Source of the DNA: the human T2T-CHM13v2.0 reference genome, Homo sapiens
Length of the DNA stretch: 64,000 bases
Assembly: GCF_009914755.1 (NCBI RefSeq)
Contig: NC_060925.1
Direction: 5' to 3' (one strand)
The position numbers and the translations under genes are program-made. Under the pieces are notes generated by a model. That model was not told where the DNA came from. It ran no database searches and was given only the letters and a program-made list of their open reading frames with translations. Below, piece by piece: positions 14,106 to 25,086 of the stretch; position 1 is the first letter of the stretch, and the number at the start of each line of letters is the position of its first letter.

Positions 14106-14751
14106 ACAATCACCGTATCTATGAAGCCAGCAACTTTGGAATGACTGATGCACTGCCCTTCTGTGTCTGACCCTGCCTGCCTGGCCAAGTCATTGCCCCT
14201 GTTGCTTGGAAAGGCTCCTCAGACAGCATCAGGGGCCTCACCTCCACAATCTATATGGGGCTCTGAATGCTGCAGGACTAGGCATGAGGTGGGTTGGATT
14301 CAGAGGGGTTGGGGTCAAGGACAGTTCTCCATGGTTGCTGAGGCAGTTCCATCACTCCCTGCCATTCTGAACCTTGGCTCCTGAATGTTTCAGGACTTTC
14401 TGGAGCTGGGCAGGCAGGATTCAGTCCAGGTGGTAGAGAAGCTGACCAGGACACCATGGCCCCCGACCAGTGTGGGCTGAGAGTGCTGTGGGAGGCCCTC
14501 TTGTCTTGCAGTCCCTCCATGCCCAAGTTCATGTTGAAGGAGCTCTGCCAACATCTACTAGGTTACAGGCATGTCCCAGTTGTCCTTATAGGAGGTGGAG
14601 TCAGGGCAGCTGAAGAGATGACTTTTCTTCCTCAAGTCATCTTACATTTAAATTGTTAGATTGAATCATATGAAATTACCTGTGTTTGACTATTTTTACA
14701 CTTAAAAAATGAAATTTTCATATGATTCAACCCAATATATTGCTCAGCCTC
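14106..14751. repeat. Right arm of 646-bp inverted duplication
   Basis: reverse complement of 11907-12552; I found 5 substitutions by eye. Confidence 0.97.
14654..14737. mobile_element. MADE2-like MITE, duplicated copy in the right arm
   Basis: mirror of 11921-12004. Confidence 0.75.
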
Positions 14752-17700
14752 GTGACCCAGTGGATGTGGTGGGAGAGTGGTGAGAGAGAAAAAGGAGTTA
14801 AACAAGGACGGAGTCCCCATCAGCTGAGACAGGGAAGACAATAGGTAGGGTAGAGGCAGTATGTGGGACATGCTACATTTGAGACATCTGTTAAACATCT
14901 AAGCAGGTATGTGAGTGTGGAATGCAGGAGAAAGGGCTGGCCTGGCTGTATAAATTTTGGGTATTATTGGCATGCAGGTCTTAGGTGAATAGGTAGAGAG
15001 GTGGTGGGGGACTGGGGAGGAGATTATTCCCATCCTCATTCCTCACTTTCTCAGACTGTGTGCTACAGTCTCGGGACGGCTAATGTTTATTGAAAAGACA
15101 GAAGCAGATTTCCCCACAGGAACAACGTTGTAATAGCAGGTTAGTCTCCTGACCGAGGATCTGTTGCTCAATGTTTTCATGGCAGTGATCACAAACATGG
15201 CCTACCTTTAAGTCCTTAGTAAACTGTGAGTGAGAAGCCTGCATGCGGGACAGGAAAGAGCTTTCAACAGAGTCTGTTAAACTGTGACCTATCCTGCAGA
15301 GCTGAGCCTGACATGGCCCACGCCCTATGCCTGGGAGGCCCAGAGCTCCTGTGAGGCTGTTCCCCAGGCCCTGGCTGACTCTGCTCACCAGGTGATGAGC
15401 GCGCTTGGGGAGGGCAATGTTCACATGCACCTCTGAGAAGGATCTGGGAGAACACACGTGGCATTTTCCACCTCATGTCCTGGAGGTAACCACAGGCATT
15501 AGCTGTTGTCATTAGACTCCTCCCTAAGCTGAGGGAGCAGTCTCTAATACAAACTTTGTCCGCCACATTAATTTTAAGACAGGTCAGCGCAGAGAGGCAT
15601 TCTGAGTTCTCAAGAAAGTAGATGTTGAGAAGGGAAGAGACACAGCCCCGGCCCTCAGGGGTAAACCTAGTCTGATGGAAATGGGAGGATAACAGGATAC
15701 TCCCAAGACAGGGTGAGGATAACAAACACTGTCTGGGAGCAGGCAAGAGACTGGGATAAGAGGACAGGGTAAGGTCAGTCTGCCTTTCTGAAGAAAGAGG
15801 ACAAGGAGAGAGAGGTAGGGGAGTTTCACGGACCAGCCTTGGCAAAGGGCTGAGGTGAGGTGGGGACGGTGCTGGGACAGGGACTTGGAGCCACAACCCC
15901 AGTGTTTGGGGAGGCACAGGAGCCAGTTCAGGTGAGTGACTGCAGGGAAGAGCCACAAGGCTGCAGATGGCATCTGGGCAGAAGAAGGGGGCAGACCAGG
16001 GGGCATCTGAAGGGACTGACAGGAGGACGCTTCCCAGGCCAGAGGCAAGCCAGAAGTGGGGCCTGGATTGGGCTAAAGGAGTTCACTTCCAAGGCTGAAT
16101 GAATTCTCCCAAAAACGGTGAAGAAAATCTATGTGCCCTCCCACCCACACACCTGCCAGGAAGGTCCCTCCTCAGCTCTGGGAAAGCTGTGTGGCAACCC
16201 TTCAGGAGCGACCCTCCACCTGGGAGGGGTTGTCAAAGTCAGGGCTACAGAGGGCACCACAGTGAGCCCTGGGCTCAGAGGGAGACCATCAGGGGCCTGA
16301 GTGCCAGGAACTGAGGTCAGGCAGATGGGAAACGGCACGGGAGAACACACCCTGGCCCAGGTGGGCCACCCTGAGGATTCTGGCAGCTTATCCCCAGACT
16401 GACTCTGGGACCCTGTCGAGCTTGTGTTTCAGGTGCTTCCTGTTATCATTAGGATTATTATTACTAGTGAGGATTCTTGTCATTATTCACACCTGCATGT
16501 GGATTCCAGGACTCAGAGGCAAGTCCTGGTTCTCCTCCTTCTCTACTGGTGGCTTTCTGGACTCCTTGCCTCTTCCCCCAGATGGTGAGCCATCTCCAAA
16601 TTCAATCCCAAGGCTTCATTCTTTGTACTCCGTCCCCCTCCCTGTGGACCTCCCACTCCCCCAGCCTCTGCCGTTGACCTCTGTGTGGTTAGATCCGTGC
16701 CTCCAGGCCTGTCCTCTTGTGAGAGATGCAATTACTTTCTAGGGGTGTGGAGGGTTGAGGATCAACCATTTGCTGAGCCGTATGTTCCAGGCTCTGTAAT
16801 ATACCTGTCACACAAAACAGCCCTATTACTATTCCATTTTACAGACAAAGAAATTGAGGCTTTGGAAGCTTATTAAATAACTATAAACCCACATCTGTCT
16901 GGCTCCAAAACTGAAGCTTTTTTTCTTTGCAGATGGGAACATGGTTAACTCACAAACATGTATTACAAGTTTTCTTCCTCCTCCCTTCTTTAATTCCTCA
17001 AGAAACCTACACAGGAGTCCACTATCACCTCAAACTCAGCCTCTGCGACAATGTGATCAGCAGTTTCACCCCATCCTCCTCTGCTCAATTTCCTGCCTTT
17101 GTCAAGGCTTCAGTCTCCTCCTTGGTGCTCAGTGTCCCATCCTGCCCATCCTGCTGAAATGCATCTAAGAAGACTGGGGAGGGCAATGGCCACAGAGGGG
17201 TGGCAGAAGGCCATCCTGTCCACTCCCCACCGGCAGGCACAATGACCACGCCCAGCTCCTCCAGATTCCCCAAAGTAGCCACTATCCCCACCTTGTCTGC
17301 AAGTTCCCATGTCCTCCACACACCCCTCTGCTGCACATTCTTCCCAACCTAACTGCAAAGAACTGAATGGAATCAGTTTTGTTTCCATACACCAGGAATA
17401 AATAAAATGGTTACTCCAGATGGGCTGAATGAACGTTGAGTTAACTCCAGAATGTTAACTGTTAACTCCAGAGCAGGGGTTTCCCAGGTTCCCACCAAAT
17501 CAGGGAAATGAGCCATGAGGAGACTCCCTGGGCAGCTTAGTGGACAGGGCTACAGATTCAGTCCCCTGCCTCCAGGCAGGCCCCAACCTAAACCCATAGG
17601 AGTGAAGTAGTTTTTGTAACTCTGGAAGGATCATGATTGGGTAATTCCCAAAACTTCCTTGTTCCCAGAGAGGCAAAATAATAATAATTATTATTATTAA

Positions 17701-17797
17701 CCCCTCCCCAGAGTCACTGCAGTCTGACTGGGCCTTGAGTAGCTGAAATGTAATTGAGCAGCATACATGGTAATAGTTACTCAAAGAGGAGCACACA

Positions 17798-18163
<366 letters not shown>

Positions 18164-18559
18164 CTAGAGGATGACTTCCTAGAGCCTGGGGAGAGAGTCA
18201 GAGAAGGAACTGAAACAATGAGGACTCACAGGCATCTCTTGAATAGATTTCCCATGGCTAGATGCCCTGGGAGACAAATGTAGGCAAATTCTGTGGATGC
18301 CAACGCAGGTTTCTGACGGCTATCAAAAGAGTAACCTGGAACCAAGGGGATACAAATTCTCTCAATAATTCTTCAGTGACCTGAGGAACCAGAATTCAGC
18401 TCCAGCAAGGCGGGGGAGAGACGGAAAAGGCGGAACTAGGAAGTAGGATGAAGACAATTTATGTAGTATTTAATAGAAGTAGCATAACTTTGTGCTGTTT
18501 GCATCTCTCTAGAAAAATAGAGAAAAATCAAGATGTACTTGAGATTTCCATTCTTGAGG

Positions 18560-19000
18560 CAACACTTGTGTGCCCAGCGTTCTGCTTGCCTGGGGTGACA
18601 TGGTCCACCTAACTTTCCCAAGCCAGTTGTTAAATGCAGCCATTATTAAAAAGTAAATTACATACATTTATAATTAAATGATATTAAAACAAAGGCGATA
18701 AGTACTCAAAACTCACCACTTCCTGATGACTTTACTACAGTTCACTATTACCTAAGCTCTTAAAGTTATTTACTTCCTCCATTGTATCTGTATCATGGAA
18801 ATACTATACAATCATGTGCTACTAAACATTTCTCCCAATTCCATGCCAGTCACATCATGTTGGTAGCTTGAATTCAGCCATAGTGGAAGCATTGACATCA
18901 TGGAAATCAGCAAAGGCTACAAATCAGGGCTTCCCAGTCCCTACCCCACCCTACACCCTACTCCCAAAGCCACTGTTGAACATATGTCACCACAAGTGCT
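18560..19000. mobile_element. hAT-Tip100 (Arthur1-like) DNA transposon remnant
   Basis: ggtagcttgaattcagccatagtggaagcattgacatcatggaaatcagcaaaggctacaaatcagggc resembles Arthur1. Confidence 0.5.
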
Positions 19001-20349
19001 CTCCTCCAGCACTGAACAAGGTTTCATGCAGGAGAAATGAACAAAAAACACCAAGGCATCCCTGAAGCAAAATTGTTCAAACAGAAACTTCCTTCCCTCG
19101 TTCTCCTGGGGTGGTAAGTACAGTGACGACTGTGATCTCAGCATTGGATTTAGGAAATCTCTACCTTCCCTGTTGACTCACCCTAACAGGAAGCTGTTCT
19201 CAGAGTCTCTATAAAATCTCTCTTGCTGCTTTTTAGTGAGCCTTTCTTGCCAGAGCCTCACTGGTCCCACCCCCCAAATAGAGGCCAAGTCTGATCATGG
19301 CTCCCTTGTTCCTGGAATAGGGAAGATTATATCATTCAACAACCTGCACAGCCAACTGGCTGCCTCTGTCCCTCAGCACCTTTCAGGAAGCTAAGCTGGA
19401 GGCTCCTCAGACAGGGAGCACCCTCCCCAAGTCATCCTATACCATCCCCTGCCTTAGGGGATATTTTGCCTTAGGGCAAAAATATGCCAGGCACAGTGCC
19501 CTGCTGAAGATCTCTTCATCTATGACAAGTCGTCTTATAGGTGCTCATAAATATGACCAAATAAATGAAGGGATGGATGGTTCCTGGAGTTCTCTGCTCT
19601 TCTCCTTATTTAACGTCCTTTCCCTATACCTCTTCCCATTCCCAAGAACTCCCCACCTTCCCACCCCCAAGACAGTGGTCTCTGGTTCCTTTTGCCTCAT
19701 TACTATCTCTCATGTCTCTCAGCACGCTCTATAAAAGCAGAGCTGGCAATGCCATCACCCCTTTGCAAATACCCAAGTCATCTTGAGGGTTTCCTAGTTA
19801 TGTGTTACTAAGAAGTGTTTAGGGGCTTCCTAAAGACACTTTGAGGCCCATGCACACCCCACACCTCCTGTGGCCCTAGAATAGGAGCAGGAAAAATGAG
19901 GAAGACTAGCTTCTCCTCAAGAGAAAAGAGACAAAGAGAGAAGAAAGAGGCTGGGCTCTCAACAAGCAAGCAGCTGGGGAAAGGAAAGTAGAACGAAGTG
20001 ACCTTGAAGTACTGTGCTCTTCTGAACACCTCCTACCAACTAGACCAGACAAGTGTCCAGTTGTGTCCCTGTTGCAGCCATCCTGTATGGAGTGCAACCA
20101 CTTTGTCCACTAGAGGCAGCTGAATTAGAAATACAATGCTCTGGGGTCCCTAAGAGTAGAACTTGGATCAAGGGATAAAAGCTATATGGGGACAAAAACC
20201 GGGTTCAGAGAAATGTTCTGTTGAATATTGACAGTCAGAGGCCAAGTGGCCTGCCTTGGAAGGTAGTGAGCTGCCATTGGAGGTTGTCAAGAAGACGTTA
20301 CATACCCTTTGTCAGGAATGCTATAGAAGGAATTCAAATGCCAGAGAAA

Positions 20350-20560
20350 CAGCCTGCTGTCCTGGAATCAAACATGCCTAGATCAAATCCTGAATTATCT
20401 TTATTATCTTTGTTGCCTTGGTCAAGATACCTAATCCCTCTGAGCCTCAGTTTATTCATCTGTATAATGGGGATAATACACAACCTCATAGGACTAAAGT
20501 AAGGAATAAATAAGACAAAAAATCAAAAAGCACCTAACACTTAATAGGTGCTCAATAAAT
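20350..20560. mobile_element. MIR SINE
   Basis: core ctctgagcctcagtttattcatctgtataatggggataata. Confidence 0.75.
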
Positions 20561-20900
20561 GCCAATCCCCTTCCCACCAAAAGGGGGAGCTGGGTTAGTT
20601 GGCCTTGAAGGTCTTTCTACACCAGAGAGTATGACTCTAAAACACTTCCTGGCTATTAAGAAAGAAGGCATACATCTGAAAGAGATAAAAGAAGTCAAGA
20701 TTAGGTCAATGAGGGGAAGAGAAAGAAGGATGCTAAGAATGGTCAGGGATCATTTAGAGGTCATCCATGACAGAGCCGTGTTTCCTCTCAACTGACCTTC
20801 TAGAATAAAATGGAAAAGTAAGATTGGGGATTTAAAGTCCAGCCTGAGGGGCCTCAGTTTCCCTATCTGTATAGTGAAGGAGTAGGATTTTTTTTAGGTC

Positions 20901-20967
20901 AGACTTCAGAGTAATCATATTGAACTTTACTTCATAATGCTCAGTAAACACAGCTCATTATAAATCC
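20901..20967 (-). ncRNA. SNORD64: SNORD64 (HBII-13)-like box C/D snoRNA copy, probably a retro-pseudogene
   Basis: minus strand GGATTT-ATAATGA-GCTGTGTTTA-CTGA-GC-ATTATGA-AGTAAAGTTCAATATGATTACT-CTGA-AGTCT: 67 nt, terminal stem, boxes C/D'/C'/D; closely matches HBII-13 as I recall it; A8 tail 5 nt downstream (T-run 20888-20895). Confidence 0.85.
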
Positions 20968-21155
20968 AGCCAAGGCCTTTCCCAGCAACTCATGCAGCTA
21001 TATAAAATCACTAATACCTGCAGAGTGCACATCCCTTCCCAAGGACAGGGGGCCTGGGAGAATGAGATGACTAGTTTTATGTGACAATGGATGTGAAACA
21101 GCAACAGTATTGACCGACACCGAATTAAGGGGAAAATATGAAGGAAAAAAATCAA

Positions 21156-21178
21156 AGACAGACAGACAGACAGACAGA

Positions 21179-21223
<45 letters not shown>
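21156..21223. repeat. Compound microsatellite (GACA)n(CA)n
   Basis: direct reading. Confidence 0.95.
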
Positions 21224-21226
<3 letters not shown>

Positions 21227-23337
21227 GCAACCTGCCAAAAGAATAATATTGAGATCCTGGTTTTGATAGAACTAAATATAACATCTTATATTTCCACAAG
21301 CAAATTGCCCAACAAATTGAAATGGAAATATTCTAATGTTACTACAGACAGATATAATGTCAACAACTTGCTATTCTCCTCAATAATTCATTATAAACCA
21401 ATTTAAAGACCTACAGTACATTGAAAACAACCACCAAAATATTCCAGAGTTAAGTGTAAACAAATAATATGAAAGAATCAAGAAGGATGACCAAATAAAA
21501 TCAAGGCAGGCCAAACAAATGAAACACAAAGTCCAAAAGGATTCTGAGGAAGGTCTAAGCTAAGTTCTAACATCCCTGAAACAAGGGACCAAAGTGGTAA
21601 GGTAACACCATCCAAGTTGTAGCATGGAAATGATAGAACCCACACTACTTTTCCTGATACTTGTCTCCTAGCAGACATGAAACTGCTGATTTCAGGAACT
21701 TACCCTTTCAAATATATTTTTGCTACCAAAGCACAAATAATCTAACATAAAATGAACTCTTTAAATACAAATAAATTACATATAAAATAAGAAACAGCCC
21801 AGACAATTCAGATGTACAAGCACCTACCCTCTGCATCACTATACTGTCCTCATCAGCTCATCAAATACAAAATCATTCACATTCATCAAATACCCAGTTG
21901 AACTATGAGGTTCCTTCTTAAATCTTGGGCATTTAGGATGGACCTAACTGTTTTTTTTTAAGTTTAATCTTTCTCAGCACAGGAAATTAATCCAGCCAAG
22001 CTTCTCCTATTAATCATTTCTATTCCATATTAGAAATTCTTAAATTATAGGCAAGTGGGCATTGCATTAGCAAAGTAGATTCCAATGCCCAACAGAGATG
22101 ATGTTGAACAAAGAAGGATTAGTAGAGCTTGTCTACTTGTCTGCATCCCCCTCCTTGCTGTGTGACCACCTGGTCCCTTTATCAACAAAGGAACATCTAT
22201 AACACTGCCCACTTTACTTACTGTTTGCTTAGCAAATATATCCTTGGAACTTTATCTCAAACATTACTCTTCAATTAAGCACTCCCCATCTCACTAAACA
22301 AGAGAGGACGTCTTGCGCCTATTAACAAAAACAGTGCTTATTGATTTCCACTTTTGAACCAAAAATGACTAAAACATCCCCCAAAATACATTGTAAATAT
22401 CATGACAAGGTGTTTAACAAAACAAGTGCTGGTAAATACTAAATAGCTCAATTAATCCCTATCTAGGAGTGGCTGACTACTTCAGGGTGTAAGAACGTGG
22501 AGCTGGATCTCAGAAAGGCCTAGATTCTCACCACAGAATATTCCATCATAAGGCAGTAACTGTAAAATATCTAAAAACTTTTTTTTTCTAGCATAAAGTA
22601 ATGCTGCCACACTCATTCACTTGGTATTTCTCAAACATCTCCTGCAGAATGGGCTCTGCACAAGTTGACCAACTGCAGACAAATGAAAAAAAAAAAAGAA
22701 CCACAAAAATAATTGTTCTAAAACACCAGCAGCATCTAGGTGAAGGGATTTACCATACTCTCCGAGTTCCATAATATATGCTATATAAATATTATTCCCC
22801 CTCCTTCCTGCACTTCACCCAGCACCCTAGAACTGTGGCACTTAGTTTTTTAATATAAGAGGTTGTAGTCTTATTTTCACATGTCCTTGTTTCTGTCTCA
22901 CCGGATGCCTGTGCCTTCTGTGCTCCAAGGACTGGTTTCCTTTTAGCTTTCAGCAACATACAAAGACTCCCTAGACCTTCAGAGCACATTATTCTCAATA
23001 GAAAATCTTGACATGTGAAAACTTTGAATATTTAGAAATGGCAAGTGTATTGCACTTTGTCGGTTCCTCAGTTTATTTTACGGTCGTAGATATTCTGAGC
23101 TAATTCTTTTTGTCTTTGTTTTCCTTTTATCTGCACTTTGTATGTTGTTCAGAGGAGTTGCCCTGGATGGCCCCTTCCAGCTCTGACTGCCAGGGATCTA
23201 AGCAGGAGGGAGGAGAGGGGGCGTGGTCGAGGCGAGCGACAGAAGCAACCCTCCCCGGCCCTGGGCAGGGTTCGCCACCCCGTGCCCAACCTCCGTGGAA
23301 CGCGGACAGCCACTTCGGACTCACGTCTCAATGTTTC

Positions 23338-23343
23338 TTTATT
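23338..23343 (-). terminator. VSIG8: VSIG8 polyadenylation signal AATAAA
   Basis: tttatt on +, ~415 nt after the stop codon. Confidence 0.8.
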
Positions 23344-23757
23344 GTGCTAACACTGCTGCCTCAGAGCTCAGACCTCACACACAGAACAATTCGTCCAGAC
23401 AGACCCCCACCCACCCGGCCCCCGGGGCCCTCTGCTTAGGCTGGGGACACCAGGCCTCCGGCCTCAGCCGCTCTAGGACACTCAGCCTCCTCCTCCCTCC
23501 CTCTCCCCCAAGCCTTCGGTCCCGGGGGTGCGGAGAAGGCTCAGGATCGCCTTCCTCCGCCCTCGCCCGCCCCTTCCCACTTTTGGGGAGGAGGCTCTGC
23601 CTCCCTACGCATTTCCTTAGGGAAATGCCTTCACCCCCAGCCGCCTGGCAGCCTGGGGCGAGCGAGGTCGTCCCCAGCCCCGACGTGTCCCCAGCTGCAG
23701 ACAGAGAGCCCCGCGCCCTCCTCCTGGCTGGGGCGCAGCCCGGCCCGGCGCGCGCGC

Positions 23758-24031
23758 TCACACCAAGAGGCCGTTCTTGCACTGCACCGGCCCCTCGGCG
23801 CAGTCAGCCGGCTCCGCGCTCTTGACCTTGACGTAGACCGGGGAGGGGCCCGCTTCGCAGGCGGCGGCGGCGGTGCAGGGCGCCAGGGCCACGTCCTCGG
23901 GGCCGCCGCAGGGGGGAGGCGCGTACTTGCGGCGCAGGGAGCGGCTGACGTTCTGCGTCGGGTACCCCAGGAGGTGGGTGACGCGGCTGCCGCGCCCGCT
24001 GGCCTTGCACCCGGGCGCCACGGCGTCCTCT
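23758..24031 (-). CDS. VSIG8: VSIG8 exon 7, cytoplasmic tail (EDAVAPG...CKNGLLV*)
   Basis: ttttccacAG acceptor, phase 2, TGA 23760-23758; the seven exons sum to 1245 nt = 414 aa + stop. Confidence 0.95.
23762..24031 (-). CDS. SNHG28: SNHG28/C1orf204 putative ORF exon 2, same acceptor and frame as VSIG8 exon 7 but leaving through a donor inside the last VSIG8 codons
   Basis: TTG GT|GTGAGC donor at 23761-23756 overlaps VSIG8 GTG-TGA; 270 nt, phase 2-2. Confidence 0.65.
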
Positions 24032-24180
24032 CTGTGGAAAACAACAGGCGGGCGGGTGAGCGGGCTGCTCCGCAGCGGGGCGTGGGCACGGCCTGGGCAG
24101 AGCCGGGGGCTCTTGGCAACCTCTTGTCTCCCGCGCCTCCCTCCACCTGCCCTCGTCTCTCTCCCTCGGCCTCGACCTAC

Positions 24181-24242
24181 TCTCCTTTGTGACCCTTCCT
24201 GGGTCGGCGACCCTGCAGCGGTCCCGGAGCCAGCATCCCCAT
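24181..24242 (-). CDS. SNHG28: SNHG28/C1orf204 putative ORF exon 1 (MGMLAPGPLQGRRPRKGHKG), inside VSIG8 intron 6
   Basis: ATG at 24242, GA|GTAGGT donor at 24180, phase 2 matches the exon 7 acceptor. Confidence 0.6.
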
Positions 24243-24887
24243 CCTCCAGACAGGGCTTGTCCACGCGTATCTGGAGAGCCCTGCAGGCAGCCCCCTCCAG
24301 GCCCCTGCAATCCCTTTCTGATGTTTCGCAGGCCCAGAAGAAGGTGCTTTTCCTCTTCTTCTTTCCTTAGCTAATCCTGACCTTGCTCGAGCAATCTCTC
24401 TCTTTCTCACCTCCTGCCCCTCAGTCTTCTCCATCTTTCCCTCCATCCCCGAGGCATTGCAATCATTAGCACTACTAGACTTGTTCTATTTTTATTTCTA
24501 GTTTGCTTCTAATATAAGTTATTAGCACTATTCTTATTATTAGCTCTTCTTAAATAATAATGTCAGAGTTCTTACCGGCGCAGTACAGGGGAAACGTGAA
24601 AAAACATAGGCCCTGCCCTCCAGGAGCTTACAGTCTAGACAAGACAGACAGGTGCGTAGGCAGGAGGGAAATGGAAGGCAGGGAGCAGAGGTGAAGACTG
24701 GGGTGGCAGGGGGAGGGGAAAGCCATGAGTTGGGTGGCAGGTCGACATGCCGCAGTCCCAGCACTCCGTGGCGATGGCGGGCAGGGTTGGGGTGGGGGGC
24801 CCAGCCGGCCGGTGGCAGGCAGGAGTGAGGTGGGCAGGGCGCCGGTTCCCTGCCGCACAGCAGCATGCAGCATGCATCAGGTTTTAC

Positions 24888-25086
24888 CTGATCTCACTAG
24901 CCAAGTCGCCGCAGGCCCCTCCGCCGACCCCGCCGCCGTTGCCGTAGCCGAAGGCACCGCGGGCGCCGCCAGCCCCGGAGCCCCCGCAGCAGCAGCAGAC
25001 GAGCCCCCAGATGCCTACGGCCAGGCAGCCCAGCGCGAGCAGAGAGCCCAGGACGATGCCGATGATCACGCCTATACGCCGGGAGT
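24888..25086 (-). CDS. VSIG8: VSIG8 exon 6, transmembrane helix, CCCC cluster, Gly-rich segment, ASEIR
   Basis: ctccacAG / AG|GTAAAA; 199 nt; IGVIIGIVLGSLLALGCLAVGIWGLV. Confidence 0.95.

Larger units (their letters stand above)
13355..14990 (+). mobile_element. L2 LINE fragment split by the right arm of the inverted duplication (pieces ~13355-14105 and ~14752-14990)
   Basis: L2 motifs (tatttattgagtgtgtgccatatgcctggcac; gtaatccaggcaagagatgagggtggc; ggatgtgg..gagagagaaaaaggagt; ggacatgctacatttgagacatct) continue across the arm. Confidence 0.65.
20888..23150 (-). pseudogene. Candidate ~2.25-kb retroposed block ending in the SNORD64-like copy and an A-tail
   Basis: visibly AT-rich unique-looking block; MIR-type sequence stops at 20887 (cctcagtttccctatctgtatagtgaaggagtagga) and resumes near 23151 (gaggagttgccctggatggccccttccagctctga). 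Confidence 0.5.

Noticed and set aside
11999-14659. Pairs of identical ORFs on opposite strands (e.g. 12126..12380+ and 14278..14532-)
   Set aside because: By-products of the inverted duplication; no recognisable protein or splice context
15264-15956. 230-aa minus-strand ORF
   Set aside because: Pro/Leu/Ser-biased, no domain motif or supporting exon structure
23048-23068. tattgcactttgtcggttcct resembling mature miR-92a/miR-25
   Set aside because: Only the first 10 nt match and no precursor hairpin is visible; likely chance
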